This document shows positions 27,239 to 37,885 of a stretch of 64,000 nt of DNA, in pieces (within the stretch, counting starts at the first letter, position 1; each line of letters starts with the position of its first letter). This DNA is from Patescibacteria group bacterium (GTDB lineage Bacteria; Patescibacteriota; WWE3; UBA101185; UBA10185): positions 174,619-238,618 of the forward strand of contig JAHJEV010000003.1 in assembly GCA_018825365.1 (NCBI GenBank), in the 5' to 3' direction. Position numbers and translations under genes: made by a program. The notes under the pieces were generated by a model. The model was not told where the DNA came from. It saw only the letters and a list, made by a program, of their open reading frames with translations, and made no database searches.

Positions 27239-28600
27239 TCAAAGTTTAGAACTTCTTCCGACGGTAATTAACAAATCGTACTCGGTTGTGTCAGGCAAAT
27301 CTTCTTTCACGGTGATTCCCGGGAATTTATCTTTCATATCAGCTTTGATAAGATCTGTGTAGGCTACCTTGTCTTTTTTAAATCGAAAAATTGTGTCGGC
27401 AACATCGGAATTCGCTGTATCAATACTTTGGATACTATATCCAAGAGCTGTTAAAAATAGCTCCGTTTTTCTCGCCAATTTATCAATGCCGGCTCCATTT
27501 TCTATTCTTATTTTAATATCTGATTTTTTAAGTTCCTCTTTTTGGGTAACTACCGCAGGAGCAGAACCGCTTAGGACAGCGTTGGAGTTTTGATCCTGCT
27601 TTTGATTGGTGTTTTGGGCAATATTTGTATTTCTTAGGTCGTTTTTGCCTCTTAAATAAAGGTAACCACCAACCAAGCCGCCTATAAGAAGGAAAAGGGC
27701 TACTATTGTTCCAGCGGCGACTAAAGAGAAGCTTTTTTCCTCTACAACAGGAAGCGGAAGAAGGTTTAGCAAATTTAACTGGCTGTCTATCGCCTCTGGG
27801 TCGGTATCAAAAATATAACCCACGATAACATTTTGTTCGTATCCTTGAGTTATTTCAGGTTCATCTCGAAACTTAGGAATTGCAATTTCTCTTACCTTGT
27901 ATCCTTCAAGCGTGAAATAATCTGCATTAATTGTAAATACATGACTTATGGGGCTTGATCTTTTGTAAAACGATAAATCTTTAATCAAAACCTGAAGCTC
28001 CTTTCCAGTCAACTCTTTTTCGTATACATCTGCAAAAAATATTCCCCCAAGCTCGGAAAGTGCAATAACCTGCCTGTTCCCTGTTTTACATATAAAAATT
28101 GATGGTTCGTTTACTTTCTCATATTTTGGGAGGGCCCTCACCCAAGGGACTACACTTTTTAAACCCACTCCCATGTTGTTTGAAACTTCAATATACTTTT
28201 CCAAAATATCTTTTCTTACCCCAGTAAACTGGTACACAAACGGAGCAATCTTTTTATACGAGAAGTAAATATCATTTAAAGGAATTTCCTTCGCCTTTTC
28301 TTTTAGTTCAGTAATTATTTGAGCCTCAATATCGATGTCTTTTTTGGAAAGAGTAATAAATCTTAAATAAACATCCTGTGGCTCAATAACGAAATTAAGA
28401 CCCACCTTGTTTTTTGTAAGTGTAGTTATGTGAGGTAACAATTCGTTCAAAACAATAGCGAAGGCCTCCGAGTTTACTATTTTTGTATCATTTACAACAT
28501 CTTTTGAAACGTCTATTAGTGTCGTCCTTAAAGAAGCGTCTTTGTCAACTGTGGAAAGTCTGGCAACGTTTTTGTTTATTGAAATAAATATATCTTGCAT
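27239..28600 (-). CDS. Membrane protein with C-terminal LytR_C-like domain
   Basis: Single TM; C-terminal IRIENGAGIDKLA...YDLLITVG matches the LytR_C pattern; N-terminal domain possibly PilM-like (weak). Confidence 0.65.
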   Translation of the reverse strand: MQDIFISINKNVARLSTVDKDASLRTTLIDVSKDVVNDTKIVNSEAFAIVLNELLPHITTLTKNKVGLNFVIEPQDVYLRFITLSKKDIDIEAQIITELKEKAKEIPLNDIYFSYKKIAPFVYQFTGVRKDILEKYIEVSNNMGVGLKSVVPWVRALPKYEKVNEPSIFICKTGNRQVIALSELGGIFFADVYEKELTGKELQVLIKDLSFYKRSSPISHVFTINADYFTLEGYKVREIAIPKFRDEPEITQGYEQNVIVGYIFDTDPEAIDSQLNLLNLLPLPVVEEKSFSLVAAGTIVALFLLIGGLVGGYLYLRGKNDLRNTNIAQNTNQKQDQNSNAVLSGSAPAVVTQKEELKKSDIKIRIENGAGIDKLARKTELFLTALGYSIQSIDTANSDVADTIFRFKKDKVAYTDLIKADMKDKFPGITVKEDLPDTTEYDLLITVGRSSKL

Positions 28601-28637
28601 ACGTTAAATAATACACGATGGGGTAGTGTTAGGCACC

Positions 28638-31502
28638 TTAGATTTTTTCTATTTTTAACTCCTGTCCGGGTATTAACTCCTTCGCAAAAACCCTCTTTTT
28701 TATTTCCTTTCCGTATTCCTCTACAACTTCTTTATTTTCATCAGTATCCGGATAGATTACTTTTATTTCATCTGAAACCGATAACCCCTTTTCTTTTCTT
28801 AAATCTTGGACAGACCTTATAAACTCTCTCATCTTCCCCTCTGTTATAAGTTTTGGAGTTAGCTCTAAATCAAGACACACCAAACCCGACTCGTCTTTAA
28901 TCCAACCGGTTTTCTCGTCAAGAGAATTGACCATTTCTAATTTTTTGATGTTGGTCTCGTCAAGGACAAGTGATTCGTATTCTTTTTTAACGGCGCGATC
29001 TTTAAGTATAGCGAGCGAACCAAGTACCTGACGGATCGGAATTGCTTTTAAGACTCTGACTGAGAGAGCCGCCGATACTATTTCTCTAGTTTTTTTCATT
29101 TCTGACATTATTTTTTCAGATTTCTCAATAACGCTCTCGTCAAATAACGGATAGTCACACAAATGAACCGATTCCAAAGCATCCTTATCAACTGAAACAA
29201 CTAAATTCCTGTACATATTTTCAGCAATAAAAGGAATTATAGGGGCGCAAGCTTTTGAAAAATCAACTAATACTTTATACAAGGTTGAAAGCGCCTCATT
29301 ATCTCCGGAAGAAATTCTGTCCCGAGATCTTCTCACATACCATCTTGATAAATCGTCAACAAATTCTTCTATTGCCCTAACCACGGGGGGAACATCGTAC
29401 TTTTCCATATTGACGGTTATCTCCTTTATAGTCTGATTTAGTCTAGCCTTAATCCACGTATCCAACACCCTATCTGAATCTGATAGCTTACTTGGATCCC
29501 ATTTGTGCAAAGAGGCGTATATCAAAAAATAATTAACCGAATTCCACAGCGGATTAATTACATTTCTGGATTTATTTTTAAGCTCAACTTCATCAAAGTT
29601 GGCGTTTTCCGCATTCATTAAAGGAGACCCCATTAGATAAAGTCTTAAGGCGTCACCACCATAATTTGTCAGTATTCCCTTCGGATCGGGGTAGTTTTTG
29701 TAGGTCTTACTCATTTTTCTACCGTCAGTTCCAGTTATTACTCCTGTTACTATTACATTGTTAAAACACCTCGATTTAAAAAGAAGTGTGGAGATAATAT
29801 GCATTCTTTGAAACCAGGCTCTTACCTGACCCGCATATTCAACAATGTAGTCGCCAGGAAAGTTTTTCTCAAATTTCTCTTGGTTCTCAAACGGGTAGTG
29901 AATCTGTGCAAAGGGCATGGATCCGGCTTCCATCCAAGAATCTAAAACTTCGCTTTTTCTTTTGTACTCTTTTCCATTTTTATTAATTACAATTTCATCG
30001 ATATAGGGTCTATGAAGGTCTTTAACTTTCTGACCTGAAAGCTCCTCAATCTCTTGTATCGATGAGACAACTATCCTATCTCCATCTTTCGATTCCCAAA
30101 CCGGCATTGGTGTTGCCCAATATCTGTTTCTGGAAATACACCAATCGGGTGCCTGTTCAATCGTTTTTTCAAAGTTTCCATGCTTTATATAGGAAGGAAC
30201 CCAGTTTATACCCTCATTGTTATTAACCAGTTCTTTTTTAATATCCTGAATGTTTATAAACCAAGAATTTTGAGCTTTTTGTACCAGTAAGGTGTCGCAT
30301 CGATCGTGGAAAGGTACTCTGTGTGTCACCGTTTCGTTTTTGAATAATATTTTTCTTTTTTCCAAATCTTCAAGTATCAAGGGGTTCGCTTTAAGGTAAA
30401 ACATCCCTTCGTATGGATTTTTGTCTTGATTTCCCGGAACAAATTTTCCCTCATCATCCAAAGTCATCATTAAGGTGAGACTGTAAGTCCTTCCCATGTC
30501 GGTATCTATTTCGCCAAACCCCGGAGCGCTGTGCACAACACCTGTCCCATCTTCCATGTTTACCATTCCTTCGTAGGAATAAACCTTAAACTCACCCTCT
30601 TTTGGCGCGTAAAACGTGTATAAAGGTTCGTATTCCACACCCACGAGGTTCTTACCTGGAAACTCTTTCACAGTTTTGTATTTTTTGTCACCAAAAACAG
30701 CTTCTAGTCTTAATCTTGCTAAAATGTAAGTCTCTCCATCAGAAACTACCTCCACGTAAGTTTCTTTTTTATCAACAACCAGCGCTCTGTTTGAAGGTAA
30801 CGTCCAAGGTGTAGTTGTCCATGCCAAGATACTCTTATCCTTGAAATTTCCTTCTGATGTAACTTTAAATTTTACAGTTATTGATGGGTCTTTCTCATCT
30901 CTATAGGAGTTGTCCATTGCTATTTCAAAATCGGAAACCGGGGTACCGCAGACCGGACAATACAAAGATGTTCTTATCCCCTCATAAATATAGCCTTTTT
31001 CATACAGCTGTTTGAATGCCCACATGACGCTTTCCATATACGACGGGTCTATTGTTTTATAAGCATTTTTAAAGTCAACCCATCTTCCGATCTTGTCAAC
31101 ATACCACTCCCATTCGGCTGACACTTTTGATGTGTATTGATAGCAAGCTTTAGTAAACTTTTCCAAACCATAGTTTTCTATGTCCCGCCTGTTTTTGATT
31201 CCAAGCTCCTCCTGAACACGATTTTCCACAGCCAATCCGTGAGCATCCCAACCCCAAACCCTTTCCACTCTTTTTCCTTTCATAGTCCAGTATCTTGGGA
31301 TAACATCTTTAGCGATAGAACCTAATAGATGTCCGTAATGCGGCGTTCCCGAAATAAACGGAGGGCCATCATAAAAAACATACAAATTATCCTCTGAGTT
31401 TTTTTCAACAGATTTTTCAAAAATCTTTTTTTCCTTCCAGAACTGAAGAACCGCCTCTTCGAATTCAAGAATAGTTTTTTTGTCAGACGGAGCAAATGCC
31501 AT
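28638..31502 (-). CDS. ileS: Isoleucyl-tRNA synthetase (type 2, eukaryote/archaea-like)
   Basis: FYDGPP, HYGH, AWTTTPWTLPSN, DWCISRNRYW, KMSKT; no C-terminal zinc finger. Confidence 0.95.
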   Translation of the reverse strand: MAFAPSDKKTILEFEEAVLQFWKEKKIFEKSVEKNSEDNLYVFYDGPPFISGTPHYGHLLGSIAKDVIPRYWTMKGKRVERVWGWDAHGLAVENRVQEELGIKNRRDIENYGLEKFTKACYQYTSKVSAEWEWYVDKIGRWVDFKNAYKTIDPSYMESVMWAFKQLYEKGYIYEGIRTSLYCPVCGTPVSDFEIAMDNSYRDEKDPSITVKFKVTSEGNFKDKSILAWTTTPWTLPSNRALVVDKKETYVEVVSDGETYILARLRLEAVFGDKKYKTVKEFPGKNLVGVEYEPLYTFYAPKEGEFKVYSYEGMVNMEDGTGVVHSAPGFGEIDTDMGRTYSLTLMMTLDDEGKFVPGNQDKNPYEGMFYLKANPLILEDLEKRKILFKNETVTHRVPFHDRCDTLLVQKAQNSWFINIQDIKKELVNNNEGINWVPSYIKHGNFEKTIEQAPDWCISRNRYWATPMPVWESKDGDRIVVSSIQEIEELSGQKVKDLHRPYIDEIVINKNGKEYKRKSEVLDSWMEAGSMPFAQIHYPFENQEKFEKNFPGDYIVEYAGQVRAWFQRMHIISTLLFKSRCFNNVIVTGVITGTDGRKMSKTYKNYPDPKGILTNYGGDALRLYLMGSPLMNAENANFDEVELKNKSRNVINPLWNSVNYFLIYASLHKWDPSKLSDSDRVLDTWIKARLNQTIKEITVNMEKYDVPPVVRAIEEFVDDLSRWYVRRSRDRISSGDNEALSTLYKVLVDFSKACAPIIPFIAENMYRNLVVSVDKDALESVHLCDYPLFDESVIEKSEKIMSEMKKTREIVSAALSVRVLKAIPIRQVLGSLAILKDRAVKKEYESLVLDETNIKKLEMVNSLDEKTGWIKDESGLVCLDLELTPKLITEGKMREFIRSVQDLRKEKGLSVSDEIKVIYPDTDENKEVVEEYGKEIKKRVFAKELIPGQELKIEKI

Positions 31503-31546
31503 ACTGATTGATTTTACCAGACTTTTACAAATAGGGGATAAAGATT

Positions 31547-31678
31547 CTATCTTTTTTCTAGCAACCCTTGGGAAACATTAACAATTAGATCCGCTCTTCT
31601 AGCAGTGCTGAACAATACATAAACAAGAAGAGAGAACATTAATACTATTAGAAAAAGAAGAAAGGAATATTTTTTCAT
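31547..31678 (-). CDS. Small 43-aa single-TM protein (below ORF-track cutoff)
   Basis: MKKYSFLLFLIVLMFSLLVYVLFSTARRADLIVNVSQGLLEKR; fills the pduO-ileS gap on the same strand. Confidence 0.45.
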   Translation of the reverse strand: MKKYSFLLFLIVLMFSLLVYVLFSTARRADLIVNVSQGLLEKR

Positions 31679-31684
31679 TTAAGC

Positions 31685-32230
31685 CTATTTATTTTCCCAG
31701 ATTATGTCTTTAAAACCAAGCTTTTTATTTGAATATCTTGCCATAGTAAACAAAAGGTCGGACAGTCGATTTAGATACTTAACAACAAATACTCTATCCT
31801 TTTTATGTTTAACATAATTAACGACAAGTCTTTCAAGTCTTCTGCAAATAACCCTTGAAAGATGTGAAAAGCTGCTTTCCCTGCACCCACCTACTAAAAG
31901 AAAGTTCTTAAGAGGATCTATCTGAGATCCAAAGTAATCAATTACTTCCTCAAGTTCTTTTATCCTTCCTTCCCAATATTTTATTTTCTCACCTGGAATT
32001 TTTTCTGGAGAAATTATTAGAGACCCTAAATTCAATAGATCTTTTTGTACCTCCTGAGAAGTTTTTCTAACATCGGGAAGTCTTGCTGTATGCAAAAACC
32101 CAAGACTTACACCCAGCTCATCAAATGTTCCCAATACATCAAATATCAAATCCGATTTTGAAATCTTTCTATTTATCTTAGGCAAAAATGTCTGCCCAAA
32201 ATCACCATTTCGAGTATACATCTTAAACAT
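31685..32230 (-). CDS. pduO: ATP:cob(I)alamin adenosyltransferase, PduO type
   Basis: YTRNGDFGQT, GTFDEL, RVICRRLER, YLNRLSDLLF. Confidence 0.92.
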   Translation of the reverse strand: MFKMYTRNGDFGQTFLPKINRKISKSDLIFDVLGTFDELGVSLGFLHTARLPDVRKTSQEVQKDLLNLGSLIISPEKIPGEKIKYWEGRIKELEEVIDYFGSQIDPLKNFLLVGGCRESSFSHLSRVICRRLERLVVNYVKHKKDRVFVVKYLNRLSDLLFTMARYSNKKLGFKDIIWENK

Positions 32231-32282
32231 ATTCGCGGGGCAGAAATTACCCTCAATATACTCTTTGTGTATTTTCAGTCAA

Positions 32283-34763
32283 TCAGCAAACAGAGTACCC
32301 ACAATCGTGGCATTTAACACAACCCTCTTCTCTTATAAAAGAATAGTTGCCGCATTCGGGACACATATCAACATTGGAAGATATACCATGAGGGTTGTTT
32401 TTGACATATTCACTTTTTTCATCGTCGCTATTGTTTGTGTTACCATTCTCTTCGCTTGCCTTGTACTGTGAATACCCAAACTCCTCAGCCAAAACTTTCG
32501 CAACGGCATCTGGAATGGAACCAATTTTGTTCTTACCAAACCCAACAGACCTCGACCCACCTATTCCCCCTAACTGAGCTATCAACTCCCCAACTGCGTC
32601 CTCGGTTGTGGAAGAGGTTCTGAAAAACCCGGACACAAGTCTGCCCAAAGCTTCCGCAAGAGCGGAGACATCAGTCCCCGCCTTACCAACATTGATAAAT
32701 ACCTCAAAAGGTTTTCCGTCTTTATTTTTATTTACCGTAATAAAGGCCTTCCCTTGAGGAGTTTTAACACTATATGTTGCTCCTTCAAGTCTGTATTCTC
32801 TTTTGAGTTTTCCCACACCATCGATTTCTTTTAATGGAGCCTGTGACCTAGTCTCAATTGGAGCAGATTCCGTTGTTAACTCTGTTTTATCCTGCTGTTT
32901 TCCTTCCTTTGTGCTTTTAGTTTCTAATGCAACCTCCTGTCTGCTGCCAGTAACATACACGGTAAGCCCCTTGCACCCAAGTTTCCATGCCATCAAGTAA
33001 ACCTTGGCTATATCTTCCCTTACCGCCGTTGATGGGAAATTGCAGGTCTTAGAAATAGAATTATCGACAAACGCCTGTAGCGATGCCTGCATCAATACAT
33101 GCTGTTCGGGAGAAATATCTCCTGCAACAACAAATGATTTTCTTATCTTTTCCGGAATCTCAGAAACATCTTGGCATGTTCCATTATGGACCGCTTTTTC
33201 GACAATCTTTTTCTTTAGCTCCGGATCTATATTTAGCTTATCAAGAGCTTTCTGGAAGGAGGGGCTCACATAAGTGAGGGTCATTTGTTTATCTTGACCT
33301 GCAGCTTGATAAACATTCATATAATAAGCAAGTGCAAATACCGGTTCGCATCCATATCCCTCGACTCCCGCAACGATGGATATCGTTCCTGTTGGTGCTA
33401 TGGTTGTAGTTGCGGCGTTTCTTATCCCATAAAGTCTTACGCCATCAACTATTTCCTGCCACTCGATACCCGGTCTTTCCCAATTATTTGTAAAGGGCTT
33501 AAGGGGTTTTGGAAGTTTCCACTGAGGATTTTCCGAATCATATATGCTCCCTCTTATCTTTGGAAACGGTCCTCTTTCTCTTGCAAGCTCAATTGACGCC
33601 TTCATGGAATGGAATCTTATAAATTCCATCACCTGTCCTGCAAAGTCCTGTGCCTCTTCACTTCCATAAGAGATACCCAGGTGATACATGACATCTGCAA
33701 GCCCCATTAACCCCAAACCTATCCTTCTACAGTTTAAGGCTGCTTCCTTAAGCTGAGGAACCGCCGGAACATACTTATTTGCTGTTACAACATTGTCTAA
33801 AAATCTAGTGGATAAAATAATTGTTCTTCTTAGTTCTTCCCAATCAAACTTCTTATCCTCAGAAATGTGCTGCAAAAGATTAATCGAGCCTAAAACACAA
33901 TTCTCATAAGGCCCAAGCCATTGCTCGCCGCAAGGATTGGTAGATTCAAGTTTATAAAGATGCGGAACTGGGTTGTATCTATTTGCCTCATCTATAAACA
34001 AAATTCCAGGTTCCCCGTTTTGGAACGATTGGCTAACGATCAGCTCGTATATTTCTCTGGCTCTTGGAGTTTCTACAATCTCGCCAGTTTTTGGATCAAA
34101 AATATTATATGTCGTGTCATTTTCTACCGCTCTCATAAATTCATCTGTGATCGCAACCGATATGTTAAAGTTTGAGATACTTCCTTCAACGGTCTTACAC
34201 TTAATAAACTCTCTTATATCCGGATGATCTACTCTCAATACACCCATATTGGCACCTCTTCGTATTCCGCCTTGGGCTATTTCACCAAAAGCAGCATCAT
34301 AAACCTTCATAAAACCAACTGGCCCGGAAGAAACTCCCTTACTGGTTGAAATCATGGAACCTCGGGATCTTAATCTTGTGAAGGAAAAGCCATTTCCCCC
34401 TCCGGATTGCTGAATTAGTGCTGCGTTTCTTAAAGTGGAAAATATGCCATCGTCATATTTTCCAAGGTCATCTGAAATCGGAAGAACAAAACAGGCCGCT
34501 AATTGCCCAAGGGGGGTACCTGCGCCTGTAAATGTAGGGGCGTTAGGAAAAAACTTTTTTGTAGAGAGTAAATTGTAAAACTCAACTTCCGATATTTTTG
34601 GATCCCTGTGTGGTAAGTCCGGTTCTGCCATGGTTTTTGCAACCCTTTCAAACATCTGCTCAACGGTCTCCGCGGGGTTTCCTTCCTCATCTCTTTGGAA
34701 AAATCTCTTTTCAAGAATCTTAAGTGAGTTCTCAGAAAATTCGATCTTTTTGTTTTGTTCCAA
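32283..34763 (-). CDS. nrdJ: Adenosylcobalamin-dependent ribonucleotide reductase (class II) with C-terminal TSCPD/Zn-finger
   Basis: QLAACFVL, TNPCGEQ, IAPTGT, SISKTCN, terminal CPEC...CHDCGYS; likely TTG start at 34763 after GAGGGAG. Confidence 0.94.
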   Translation of the reverse strand: MEQNKKIEFSENSLKILEKRFFQRDEEGNPAETVEQMFERVAKTMAEPDLPHRDPKISEVEFYNLLSTKKFFPNAPTFTGAGTPLGQLAACFVLPISDDLGKYDDGIFSTLRNAALIQQSGGGNGFSFTRLRSRGSMISTSKGVSSGPVGFMKVYDAAFGEIAQGGIRRGANMGVLRVDHPDIREFIKCKTVEGSISNFNISVAITDEFMRAVENDTTYNIFDPKTGEIVETPRAREIYELIVSQSFQNGEPGILFIDEANRYNPVPHLYKLESTNPCGEQWLGPYENCVLGSINLLQHISEDKKFDWEELRRTIILSTRFLDNVVTANKYVPAVPQLKEAALNCRRIGLGLMGLADVMYHLGISYGSEEAQDFAGQVMEFIRFHSMKASIELARERGPFPKIRGSIYDSENPQWKLPKPLKPFTNNWERPGIEWQEIVDGVRLYGIRNAATTTIAPTGTISIVAGVEGYGCEPVFALAYYMNVYQAAGQDKQMTLTYVSPSFQKALDKLNIDPELKKKIVEKAVHNGTCQDVSEIPEKIRKSFVVAGDISPEQHVLMQASLQAFVDNSISKTCNFPSTAVREDIAKVYLMAWKLGCKGLTVYVTGSRQEVALETKSTKEGKQQDKTELTTESAPIETRSQAPLKEIDGVGKLKREYRLEGATYSVKTPQGKAFITVNKNKDGKPFEVFINVGKAGTDVSALAEALGRLVSGFFRTSSTTEDAVGELIAQLGGIGGSRSVGFGKNKIGSIPDAVAKVLAEEFGYSQYKASEENGNTNNSDDEKSEYVKNNPHGISSNVDMCPECGNYSFIREEGCVKCHDCGYSVC

Positions 34764-35074
34764 ATTTACTCCCTCATTAAAATATAAATAGCTCATAATG
34801 ATTCGTTTATAACGTAACACCGGCCTTGGACTTATAAAACTAGCGCCACATCACAAACGTAAATAACTACATTTACAACAACTCTCAACCTTATTTTTCT
34901 AGATTTGGGACTTTTCGGTGAAAAACGATTAGATGTTTCTCACCGCTGCCTGTTAGTATATAAAATCAAAAAAACTACTAAATACCAAGCTACGAAGATT
35001 AGAATATTTAATAAATTTACTTATGCAAATTACAAATAGTAGAATCTCCATAATAATATCTGGAAGGAGGAGCT

Positions 35075-35350
35075 ATGATCACTGAAGTAGAATTCGATAA
35101 GTTAAAGGTTGGGTACGGTGTTCTCGTAATGTCGAGAAAATTGAAATTTCTTGCACACGGGGTTGTAACCCGAATAGATGACTCTCAAAAATGTGCGGTG
35201 GTAGAAATCACCTCCTTTGACAGTAAAGGAATAGATGTTAAGTCGTGCATCGGTAGCGAGAACGCCCCCGGCAATGTCAATCTAACAATCGGAAAAAGTA
35301 CTTGGTTCCCAAGCACTGAGATTTTTTGGATTGTCGATAACGACAAGTAA
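35075..35350 (+). CDS. Hypothetical protein
   Basis: 91 aa with strong SD (GGAAGGAGG) and a downstream hairpin. Confidence 0.7.
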   Translation: MITEVEFDKLKVGYGVLVMSRKLKFLAHGVVTRIDDSQKCAVVEITSFDSKGIDVKSCIGSENAPGNVNLTIGKSTWFPSTEIFWIVDNDK

Positions 35351-35377
35351 AGCGTAATTTCTACCCAGTTGCAAAAC

Positions 35378-35410
35378 AAGACCTCTTGATCCCGAAGACG
35401 TCTTTTTCTT
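35378..35410. terminator. Hairpin terminator between the hypothetical gene and ftsZ
   Basis: AAGACCTCTT...AAGACGTCTT followed by a T run. Confidence 0.5.
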
Positions 35411-35419
35411 TGCGTTTAT

Positions 35420-36574
35420 CTATTTTCCTCTTAGAAACGCAGGGATATCGTACTTGCTCTCAAAATCACCTTCAAAATCCTGTGGTTTAAAAATATCTTT
35501 CTTATTAGACTGATTTTTTTTCTCACTACCAGTTTTGGTTTCAGAAGTAGTAGATTTTTCTACTTTTTCTTTTCTCGTAGCGTAAGCGGGCTCAACAAAA
35601 CCGTATCCAAGATCGTCATGCTTTATATCAAACCCCGTTGCAATAACTGTAATCTTAATCTGACTGGACATCCTTTCATCAATTGTTGTACCAAATATGA
35701 TGTTGGCCTCGCTGTTTGCAATATCTCTAATGATATTCGCGGCCTTATCAACTTCCTTCATGGTCAAATCTTTACCTCCAATAACATTGAATAAAATTCC
35801 CTTCGCATCTTCGACGGATTGCTCAAGCAAAGGTGAGGAGATAGCGGCTTTTGCTGCGATCTCTGCTCTGTTTTCGCCTGTTCCGATTCCAATTCCCATC
35901 AACGCTGTTCCAGCATCTTTCATTATCGTTTTTACATCTGCAAAGTCGACATTGATAAGCCCCGGCATAACAATAAGATCTGATATCCCCTGAACTCCCT
36001 GATTTAAAACGCTGTCTGAAAGTTTAAAGGCTTCTAAAATGGACATATTTTGATCTGCAACCTCAAGGAGTCTTTGGTTTGGTATAGTAATGAGCGCATC
36101 AACCTCAGATCTGAGATCAGTAATTCCGGTTTCTGCGTTTCTCATTCTCAAAGAACCTTCAAATGGAAAAGGTTTTGTTACCACACCTATCGTTAAAGCA
36201 CCTAAGTCTTTGGCCATTCTTGCAATTACAGGGGATGCCCCCGTTCCAGTCCCGCCACCCATACCGGCCGTAATGAAAACCATATCTGCCCCCTCAATGT
36301 GTTTTTGAATGATCTCAGAGGATTCTTCGGCCGCTCTTCTTCCTATTTCAGGATTGGCGCCAGATCCCAAACCATGAGTGATTTCCTGGCCAATCGGAAT
36401 TTTTACAACTGCTTTGTTTTTGGATAAATCTTGGGTATCGGTGTTTATAGCTACAAACTCAACGCCTGTAATCTGGCCGGATTCAATCATTGAATTTAAA
36501 ACATTCCCCCCAGCACCACCTATACCTAAAACCTTTATTTTAGCGAAATTTTCAACCTCGGGCTTTACCTGCAT
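35420..36574 (-). CDS. ftsZ: Cell division protein FtsZ
   Basis: GGGTGTG signature, INVDFADV, C-terminal DIPAFLR. Confidence 0.98.
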   Translation of the reverse strand: MQVKPEVENFAKIKVLGIGGAGGNVLNSMIESGQITGVEFVAINTDTQDLSKNKAVVKIPIGQEITHGLGSGANPEIGRRAAEESSEIIQKHIEGADMVFITAGMGGGTGTGASPVIARMAKDLGALTIGVVTKPFPFEGSLRMRNAETGITDLRSEVDALITIPNQRLLEVADQNMSILEAFKLSDSVLNQGVQGISDLIVMPGLINVDFADVKTIMKDAGTALMGIGIGTGENRAEIAAKAAISSPLLEQSVEDAKGILFNVIGGKDLTMKEVDKAANIIRDIANSEANIIFGTTIDERMSSQIKITVIATGFDIKHDDLGYGFVEPAYATRKEKVEKSTTSETKTGSEKKNQSNKKDIFKPQDFEGDFESKYDIPAFLRGK

Positions 36575-36616
36575 TGTATTTTTTGTGTGGGCAGATTAAA
36601 TATATTATTTCAAATC

Positions 36617-37873
36617 TTAGGGCAGAAATGATTTTAGCTTACCGAAAAGTTTGGACAAACCTATTTTTATGCTACCTCTTTTATCATCAAATGACAATAG
36701 ATTACCACCTCTGTAAAGCTTTGAGCCATATAAGATTGCTCCGACTCCTGCAGAGGAATCAGGACCTTTAATTTCGTCAATTAAACCCGTTACCCCCTTT
36801 GGAGTTCCTATCCTTACGGGCATTTTAAGATTCACTTTTGCACTTTTTTCAATTCCTACAGTCAGGGCAGCACCACCTGTTATAACGATTCCAGCAGGAA
36901 GTTTCCCATTAAGACCTGCTTTTGTAACTTCCAAAGCTACAAGTCTAAAAATCTCCTCAAGTCTCGCTGATAAAATCTTGTGAAGCATGCTTCGAGGTAT
37001 TCTTTCGATTTCTAAGTCAAATTCAGAAACATCAAAATCTTCCTCTTGGTTGTCATTCTGACTTCCCCGTGAAATCATAGCCTCATTGCTTAATCTCAAT
37101 TTAATTTTTTCAGAGTCCTCAAGCCTTGACCTTAAGCCGATTGCCAAATCACTTGTAATCAACTTTCCACCGATGGGTAAAACTACTGAATGAATTGGAC
37201 TTCCCTCCAAAAAAGCGATGACGGAGGTTGTTCCTCCGCCTATGTCTACTAAAAGTGTCCCAAGCTCCTTTTCTGTATCAGTTAAAACTGCATAAGATGA
37301 AGCAAGACCCGTATAAACGAGCTCATTTACATCAACACCAACCTGATTAACACATTTTGTGATATTTCTCATCGCCGTGGCTGATCCATGAATAACGTTT
37401 GTTTCAACTTCAAGTCTCACACCCGACATCCCAACAGGATCTTTTATACCTTCCTGGGAGTCAACAACAAAATCTCTTGGGATAACGTGAATAATTTCCC
37501 TGGTCGAGGGCAAAGATATCGCCTGAGCTGCTTCAATTACTCTTGCCACATCTTCTTTTGATATCTCGGATGTTTCGTTTGGAGAAACCGCAACAACTCC
37601 ATGAGAATTCAAGTTCTCAATGTGGCTTCCATTTATTGTTACGAAGGCGCTTGATATTGAAACTCCTGCCATTCTTTCAGCTTTTTCAATACTTTGAGAA
37701 ATGGCTTCAACAGCACTGTCTATGTCAACAACATTACCTTTATTTATACCTTTGGAAGGTATATTTCCCGAAACACCTATAATTGAGACCTTATTGTCAG
37801 ATACACAAGCAACTGTTGTACCTATTTTTGTGGATCCTATATCAATACCGGTTATAATTTTTTCTTTGGGCAT
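36617..37873 (-). CDS. ftsA: Cell division protein FtsA
   Basis: DIGSTKI, PVGMSGVRLE, DIGGGTT, C-terminal amphipathic helix. Confidence 0.96.
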   Translation of the reverse strand: MPKEKIITGIDIGSTKIGTTVACVSDNKVSIIGVSGNIPSKGINKGNVVDIDSAVEAISQSIEKAERMAGVSISSAFVTINGSHIENLNSHGVVAVSPNETSEISKEDVARVIEAAQAISLPSTREIIHVIPRDFVVDSQEGIKDPVGMSGVRLEVETNVIHGSATAMRNITKCVNQVGVDVNELVYTGLASSYAVLTDTEKELGTLLVDIGGGTTSVIAFLEGSPIHSVVLPIGGKLITSDLAIGLRSRLEDSEKIKLRLSNEAMISRGSQNDNQEEDFDVSEFDLEIERIPRSMLHKILSARLEEIFRLVALEVTKAGLNGKLPAGIVITGGAALTVGIEKSAKVNLKMPVRIGTPKGVTGLIDEIKGPDSSAGVGAILYGSKLYRGGNLLSFDDKRGSIKIGLSKLFGKLKSFLP

Positions 37874-37885
37874 AGCGCTGACGGA

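Noticed and set aside
34764-35074. Cobalamin riboswitch or NrdR box upstream of nrdJ
   Set aside because: AT-rich region; I could not find the conserved B12-box or a convincing NrdR palindrome.
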